A DNA stretch of 44,867 nucleotides from Sphaeroforma arctica JP610. Its lineage: Eukaryota. Location of the stretch: NCBI RefSeq assembly GCF_001186125.1, contig NW_014040084.1:11163-56029 (forward strand). Reading direction: 5' to 3'. The notes under the pieces are model-generated. The model was not told the origin of the DNA. It saw nothing but the letters and a program-made list of their open reading frames with translations, and did no database searches. The position numbers and the translations under genes were made by a program. Shown here piece by piece: positions 37,903 through 44,867 of the stretch (position 1 is its first letter; each line of letters begins with the position of its first letter).

Positions 37903-38802
37903 NNNNNNNNNNNNNNNNNNNNNNNNNNNNNNNNNNNNNNNNNNNNNNNNNNNNNNNNNNNNNNNNNNNNNNNNNNNNNNNNNNNNNNNNNNNNNNNNNN
38001 NNNNNNNNNNNNNNNNNNNNNNNNNNNNNNNNNNNNNNNNNNNNNNNNNNNNNNNNNNNNNNNNNNNNNNNNNNNNNNNNNNNNNNNNNNNNNNNNNNNN
38101 NNNNNNNNNNNNNNNNNNNNNNNNNNNNNNNNNNNNNNNNNNNNNNNNNNNNNNNNNNNNNNNNNNNNNNNNNNNNNNNNNNNNNNNNNNNNNNNNNNNN
38201 NNNNNNNNNNNNNNNNNNNNNNNNNNNNNNNNNNNNNNNNNNNNNNNNNNNNNNNNNNNNNNNNNNNNNNNNNNNNNNNNNNNNNNNNNNNNNNNNNNNN
38301 NNNNNNNNNNNNNNNNNNNNNNNNNNNNNNNNNNNNNNNNNNNNNNNNNNNNNNNNNNNNNNNNNNNNNNNNNNNNNNNNNNNNNNNNNNNNNNNNNNNN
38401 NNNNNNNNNNNNNNNNNNNNNNNNNNNNNNNNNNNNNNNNNNNNNNNNNNNNNNNNNNNNNNNNNNNNNNNNNNNNNNNNNNNNNNNNNNNNNNNNNNNN
38501 NNNNNNNNNNNNNNNNNNNNNNNNNNNNNNNNNNNNNNNNNNNNNNNNNNNNNNNNNNNNNNNNNNNNNNNNNNNNNNNNNNNNNNNNNNNNNNNNNNNN
38601 NNNNNNNNNNNNNNNNNNNNNNNNNNNNNNNNNNNNNNNNNNNNNNNNNNNNNNNNNNNNNNNNNNNNNNNNNNNNNNNNNNNNNNNNNNNNNNNNNNNN
38701 NNNNNNNNNNNNNNNNNNNNNNNNNNNNNNNNNNNNNNNNNNNNNNNNNNNNNNNNNNNNNNNNNNNNNNNNNNNNNNNNNNNNNNNNNNNNNNNNNNNN
38801 NN
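37903..38802. other. Assembly gap (900 N)
   Basis: Run of N. Confidence 1.
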
Positions 38803-40902
38803 GACCGGAGGCCGTATTTCTACAACCATGCTCACTAATGTGTGAATTCAAATTGTGTGTGGTGGATGGGTTTTATTTTGATTCTCTGTATCAATGTGCT
38901 CAGTATCTAGTGATCGAGCCGTGTTCACATGTGCATGCATGTTCGCATGTACATGCATAGTAGCTTTATATGAACAGTGGTGGTTGACATTGATTGATAA
39001 CTGAGGAAGGCACGCAATCATATCTTTGTTGACAATACGAGGATCTAAAATAGTCAGTGTGCACATCGCATATCCTCCATTGTCGACTCACTTGGTCCAA
39101 GCTTCAACAGGGAATTTACTGACCACTTCTTCCCATCGATCTTCCCCGAACCACTACAACGGCTATGAGAGCCATACTATATGTACAAACTTTGTAACTT
39201 AATTCCCTTGAAATAAATTATACTATTTCTATAAAGGGGCAGCCAACAAACGTAATGACCAGGTTTGATCTGCCTGGTGCCATGCTTTCGCGCATCGTAC
39301 ATACCCTTCGGAACAGACGTTGACTTTCTTTTTAGATGTACTTGAAGTAAAGTATATCACACGGAAGAGAGACGTTCTATTCTATTGCTGCGTTTAGCTA
39401 GGTCTATTACATAATTAACAAGCATATTCAAAAGAGGCATCGTAACCGCCCGATCGTTAAACCGCTTCTTTGTAGCAAACATGCTTGGATACAATCGAAC
39501 ATTTTGTGCGGGCTTTTGTGTATCCAATTAGATTGATGGGGATATCGACAATATTTTACATTTTCTTGGTAATTTTTGAAGTTTACGTAAAGATTCCGAC
39601 TATAACGTAAAACTATAACGAAATCAACTATTACAAGAGACAAATTTTGTCTCTGGAAGTTTTCAAAAGTGGGACACGAAATCATTTTTTTTTAAATTTA
39701 GTCGAGCATACTATTGGCTGGCAACTATTAGAGTTAAGACCCGGCCTCAGACAGGAATATGTATGTATTTACATAAATAGCCTTGATGTTTATGAAGGAG
39801 ACATATATTGTTTATATATAGGACAGATTAACTTTTTTTTTTTTGAAATTTATATATTTTTATCCATATACAGTAGTCTTCTTGATGATTTTTTGTATAA
39901 AACCAATTGAACAAGGCAATGGATATATTTAACCACATAAATAAAAATATCTTGAAAGTTGCAACAGATTTCAACTTTTCAAGCTCCAAGTAAATTCACT
40001 ACAAATTGTCTGTATTCACCGTAGTTTTAACTGTTGTACGTAGGCTGCTATATTTTTCCTCGAAAATATCAAGAAGAAGAAAAAAAATATTATTTTTTCC
40101 ATTTTTCCGTATCTTCCACGATGATCAGGGCCCCGCGGCCCTGTCCAGGGGAGGGGTTTATTTTTATTTTTAATAGTGTATTTTAATAGTACCGTACAGC
40201 TGATGACTCACAGTGACACAGACTCACAGTCTCACACATTCGTTTGGCACCGTCTATGCCCACTGACCTGAAGGCACCGTACGCCTATTTTTTTTATAGC
40301 CACCACAGTTAAATATCATATCGACATAAATGTACGCTCTCGTCACTTTCGCATACATCGAGCAATACTAGCATACTATTTTATGCTGTGTATGAGTCAG
40401 TTTATTTAAATAATCTCGAATATACACATCTCTAGATCAGGTAGATAACTAATGTCAGCTGACACCGATAACTACCACAAGATACAGTGAGTGCTTGTTC
40501 CATGACAAAAACCGATTGTCATAGGTTCGCGACGGTACACTTTGTACAAAGTATCGATAATCTTCACACATGTGAATTTTTATACAATTAAGCTCATACG
40601 TAAGCTTAGAGCTGGTCTCATCTGTGAAAGCTGCACGGCTTGGATAAATAGCAGATTGATGCACGCTTGTACATCGCATGACAGCCGACTGCTGAGGTAA
40701 ATTAGTCCACACATGTTTAATTGAGAGCGTTCTTGCACAAAGGTAACGTGAAAGTTCTAGAATTGTTTTTTCCTAGTATCTGTGAAGTTGGCATACTGAA
40801 TAACAAATTCATTTCGTATAGCTGCATCCAGTAGCATAGTTGAACACAGGTCTGGCTTAATATCTAGCTCATCACCGGTGCGCGCAGTGTCGTGCTTTTT
40901 AC

Positions 40903-43900
40903 ATGCATGTTGCAGGCGTGCGTAACGACGACTATCACAGCGATGGCATACCCATGCACGTACTAGGAGTAGACAGTAAGACGTTTATGAAAAGCTCAAA
41001 CATATATGTAAATAGTAGCAACGAGCCTGGAAAGAGTATTTATGCTACCTCTTCGCCGCTGGAATCACGGTCGAATTTAACTGAGTGTCTTTCAGGGTTT
41101 GTGCGGAAGGATGCGAATATCAGTCAATCCTCACTTACAAATATTAGTCAATCCTCACTTACAAATAATAACACTTTGTTCGGTATGGATCGGGGGTCAG
41201 AGTTCAACAACGTGAATAATAAGGAACATTCGAACGCAAATACACAAGATCAAATGGGCGTGAGCGTGGGTGGCCCGGATGCAAGTCTGTCGGGTAGGTT
41301 TGGGTCGTGCCCTGATTTTGCTTCACTCGACGCGCTGCTTTTATCATCGTGCATAAATAATATGAGCACGTCTGAGTTGGTGGCCAAGATGAACATCGAT
41401 TCCGCCGATGCGAATACGAGCACACCTAAGGAGTTAAATAGTACTGAGGTAGGAGATATGGATTGGACAGAGGGCTTCCGGTCTAAATCCGAGGATAAAT
41501 CAGCTGATACGGCCAGTGCTGATTATGCGCAGGCTGCACAAGAGCGAGCCACAAATACCTTGGTACATAGGCACTCGTCACACAACCCTACGTCTGATCA
41601 CTTCCGAAAGCATAACCAATCCCTCCAGATGTATCTCAATGACACCAAGGCCAAGCAACAACGTCAACTAGTGCATCAGAATAGTGTCGACAGTTTTGGA
41701 TCGTATCAGGGACCGTCAACGACTCACAGTTTGATGTCATCGACTCGAGCCTCGAGTATGTCGTTAGATCCACTCGATGAAACAACTTTACCCGTCAGAT
41801 CAGCATCGTTGCAAGCTCAGAACATCAATACACAGTCACACACACACAATGGGTCCCAAATAGGGGCGGTGTATCCGATTCCCCCGATGAACAGTCCGAA
41901 AAGAGACCCGCAGGTGCCTTCACGGAGGCACAGACGGGGCGGGAATGAACTGCTGAGACCTTTCACCTGTAGATATAAGGGCTGCACCAACCGTTACCAA
42001 GCCTGGCGAAGTCTGCAGTACCACATGTCCAGTAAGCACCTAATCAAGACAAAATTAGTGCGGAACAGAATTGCCGTCTTGGATGCAAACGGCGCGGATC
42101 TGTCCCGGTTCGACCTCGACGTCAACTATGATTTCACCGACCGGGACGGGGTGTTATTACATCGAAGCGGGAGTGAGGGTGGGGCCGCCAACGGCGGTAC
42201 CGAACTTCCTCCTGGAGGGCAAGTGGGTAAGCGGTCACAGACCCCATCAGATACTGAGCTGGAGATCTGGGATGAAGCCAGAAAGATGCTGCAGGCCACC
42301 ACCAATCCAGGTACACTGAAAGAGGGGGTGGCTGTCAGACCCGACTTTGACTATAGAGAGAACAAGGCTCACTCGTCCAACGGGCAGCATGATAAAGACA
42401 TGTACGGCAATACGTGTGAAAGATCGAATTCGCAGCCGCAGGGTGAACAGGGGTTGGTCCGCGGGATAAGTCAGTCCCATGACGAGTCCAAGTCAGCGCC
42501 TAACAGTGCGGGCCTGGACCGGAGCTTAACTGCGGAAGACATGTATGCAAGCGAGCGGGAGGGGATCTACGGTGACAGTGGCGACGGTCCGTCTCAGTCG
42601 CACGCTAGTGCTAACTTTAACGCTAACACTGCGAGGCCTTCAAACGGTGAAGGTGCTCGATGTATGCGAAGTGATGTTTGTCTGCCGAGTGGGTGGTCAG
42701 CACCCTTGCAGGGCGAGGATCAAGATCAGGCTCATTCTCAGGCTCGAGCCCAAGGCCTAGGACAGCGAGCGCGGGAGTGGGGTAGGAGCGCCCACAATGT
42801 AGGTATGGCAGCTATTACGGATGATACTGCACTCGTATCAGCCGGTAAAGTAGGAGGACATTCGCGAAGGCACAGTACGAACGGGGTATTGGTCACCGAC
42901 TTGCCGCCACAGCCGCTTCCGAATGTGCAGTCATATGGGAGCAGCCACACGCACGAGCTGGGACGCAACCAAGCCAGACAGCACCAGTATAATACGGGTA
43001 TGCCGGAACCCACCTTTCACGGGCAGATGGGAAGCAGTGCGAATCAGGGCTCGGATGGGCTTCTAGAGTCGGTGTTGAAGTCGAATATGAACGCTGGGGT
43101 GAAGGCTGAAACGGGACAAAGCATGGTCTCAGGTGTGGAGGCGCAAACTTCCATGATGTCTGAGAGTATGGATACGAATAGACTGGGTTTTGGTAACTAT
43201 GGCGAAGATCTGGATAACTACTATGCCAGACTGTTTGGTTCTGGTATGCCGGGTGCTGGGTTGGATCCGATGCAGGTGGCGTCGAACGACTCCCCGTCGG
43301 GATTAGATCTATATCTGGCGAATAGTATGGGCTGCATCAGTGAAGGGGAGACATATAATATCGGTACTATGGTGCAAGATGGGATGGGTATAAGTAGTAT
43401 GCGATCCATCTCGTCGCGGCCCGTCAACACAATACCGGAAGTGCAAGAGGACACCTCAACTGATAATAGTCTGATGCGGCGATGGCCGGGGGGTCAGCCG
43501 TTCCTGTCAAACATCAATGGCCTGTCGTCTGATGTGGCCGGTATTACATCGCCGTTCTGGTTCCAGTCCATGCAGAACTCGCAGCAAACCGGCACCGATC
43601 AGAACCCACCGAACCACAGCCACAACTCACATAATCGTCAACAACTTCAACACAACACCTTTAACAACCATCAACAGCGGCAGCAACTACAACAACAGCA
43701 ACAAATACAGCAGCAGCAACAAATACAACAGCAACTACAACAAGGGCGGCAACAAATACAACAGCAACTACAACAAGGGCAGCAACAAATACAACAGCAA
43801 CGCCACGGAATGGGGGATGATAGTGACCTGCGTAATCCAAGCGCCATGTGGAACGATAGCGGTGGCGTGCACCGGACTTTGAGTGATACCCTAATCCGTA

Positions 43901-44250
43901 CTCCAGACGAGCGTAACGTACACATGTCGTTGAATAGGCTGGCAGCCACTAACTCCAGTTCAATGGGGCAACACCCGGCCCTGTCCATGGCGACAGGGGC
44001 GGTGGTTAACAGTGGATCATTGCGGCATAGCACGCCGGGGGTGTTCAAGTTCCCAACGAGTTCGTATACTTTTCAGAATAGTGGGAATATGATGGACATG
44101 TCGACGTCAGGTGGCTCTGGGTCGGGGGCTACGATGGAGGATTCGACGGGGGGGGGTGCTGCGTGGCTGAATAGTAATGTAACGTCGACTAATGCGTTAT
44201 ACACAGCTATGGAAGAGGTGGTGAATGGGAAAGGAGACAAAGTTACGTAA
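40903..44250 (+). CDS. Large low-complexity protein with one C2H2 zinc finger and a Gln-rich tract (putative transcription factor); true start and end may be spliced
   Basis: 1115-codon ORF. RPFTCRYKGCTNRYQAWRSLQYHMSSKH (C-x4-C-x12-H-x4-H), basic RRHRR just upstream, poly-Q at ~43670-43800. Possible acceptor ttgcag near 40915 and possible donor AC|gtaagt near 44247. Confidence 0.8.
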   Translation: MHVAGVRNDDYHSDGIPMHVLGVDSKTFMKSSNIYVNSSNEPGKSIYATSSPLESRSNLTECLSGFVRKDANISQSSLTNISQSSLTNNNTLFGMDRGSEFNNVNNKEHSNANTQDQMGVSVGGPDASLSGRFGSCPDFASLDALLLSSCINNMSTSELVAKMNIDSADANTSTPKELNSTEVGDMDWTEGFRSKSEDKSADTASADYAQAAQERATNTLVHRHSSHNPTSDHFRKHNQSLQMYLNDTKAKQQRQLVHQNSVDSFGSYQGPSTTHSLMSSTRASSMSLDPLDETTLPVRSASLQAQNINTQSHTHNGSQIGAVYPIPPMNSPKRDPQVPSRRHRRGGNELLRPFTCRYKGCTNRYQAWRSLQYHMSSKHLIKTKLVRNRIAVLDANGADLSRFDLDVNYDFTDRDGVLLHRSGSEGGAANGGTELPPGGQVGKRSQTPSDTELEIWDEARKMLQATTNPGTLKEGVAVRPDFDYRENKAHSSNGQHDKDMYGNTCERSNSQPQGEQGLVRGISQSHDESKSAPNSAGLDRSLTAEDMYASEREGIYGDSGDGPSQSHASANFNANTARPSNGEGARCMRSDVCLPSGWSAPLQGEDQDQAHSQARAQGLGQRAREWGRSAHNVGMAAITDDTALVSAGKVGGHSRRHSTNGVLVTDLPPQPLPNVQSYGSSHTHELGRNQARQHQYNTGMPEPTFHGQMGSSANQGSDGLLESVLKSNMNAGVKAETGQSMVSGVEAQTSMMSESMDTNRLGFGNYGEDLDNYYARLFGSGMPGAGLDPMQVASNDSPSGLDLYLANSMGCISEGETYNIGTMVQDGMGISSMRSISSRPVNTIPEVQEDTSTDNSLMRRWPGGQPFLSNINGLSSDVAGITSPFWFQSMQNSQQTGTDQNPPNHSHNSHNRQQLQHNTFNNHQQRQQLQQQQQIQQQQQIQQQLQQGRQQIQQQLQQGQQQIQQQRHGMGDDSDLRNPSAMWNDSGGVHRTLSDTLIRTPDERNVHMSLNRLAATNSSSMGQHPALSMATGAVVNSGSLRHSTPGVFKFPTSSYTFQNSGNMMDMSTSGGSGSGATMEDSTGGGAAWLNSNVTSTNALYTAMEEVVNGKGDKVT

Positions 44251-44867
44251 GTTTTGTATACACACATATATATATATGTGTGTGTGTGTTCATATACAGA
44301 TATATGTATCGTCGCTTTCCCCCATATCTACGCGAAAAACAATCGTCAGCATATCGTCCTACGGCGATACATTGGGCGCATTTGTTGTTGCGCCATGTTG
44401 TATTGGTCTATTGATTAGATCTCGATGTACAGAATAAACTAACAAAATGTAAATTCGCCCTCCTGGGGTATCGAAAATTGGTACAGTTTTATTAAAGGGA
44501 TCCTTATATTATTTAATATCTTTATTTTCAATGATGTGTGCATATATTGCTAATAAAATCTTGAATAAGCTATGTTTCAACCTGCGTGGGATTTACAAGC
44601 AGGGCGTATTGACGCGTTACACAATGCCAGGATATTATAAATATAGGTATAGATACATATAATATTTGTACCTTATATAAGGTAAGTATAATACACATGT
44701 ATGGATAATCTGTGTATCTAATTATATTTCTACGCCTACAAACCCACAAGCACATACACACCCTAGATAACAAAACGTATATATATAGATTTAGATATTT
44801 AGACATTTAGAAATTATATATATATAGATGTATTATATATTTTTTATTATATATTTATATATTTACT

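Noticed and set aside
37716..38960. Four 316-414 aa ORFs
   Set aside because: Artefacts of reading through the 900-N gap.
43517..44048. Asn/Tyr-rich and poly-Cys ORFs overlapping the zinc-finger gene
   Set aside because: Alternative-frame and antisense shadows of the poly-Gln tract.

Overview
Eukaryotic, AT-rich genomic DNA with many spliceosomal introns full of (TA)n/(CA)n microsatellites and one 900-N assembly gap. The style resembles a unicellular opisthokont such as an ichthyosporean, but that is only a guess. Five intact genes were rebuilt by hand from GT/GC-AG junctions and reading phase: (1) a 962-aa signal-peptide, membrane-anchored Agd3/CE18-like polysaccharide deacetylase with one intron; (2) a minus-strand EngB/YsxC (GTPBP8/Mrx8-like) GTPase; (3) head-to-head with it, an RNase III-fold/dsRBD mitoribosomal mL44-like gene; (4) a 26-exon ACAD10 (HAD + APH kinase + acyl-CoA dehydrogenase); (5) a large C2H2/Gln-rich protein. 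Degenerate elements are a disrupted Cys-rich tandem-repeat secreted-protein gene and a PIF/Harbinger transposase relic. The most unusual signal is in the GTPase gene: two different exon 3' ends are each followed by two diverged intronic copies. These copies keep the codon frame, and one differs mostly at synonymous sites. Other notable points are very long His/Thr-rich leaders on both mitoribosome-related proteins and an internal presequence-like linker in ACAD10. All homology calls come from motif recognition by eye, not from database searches.
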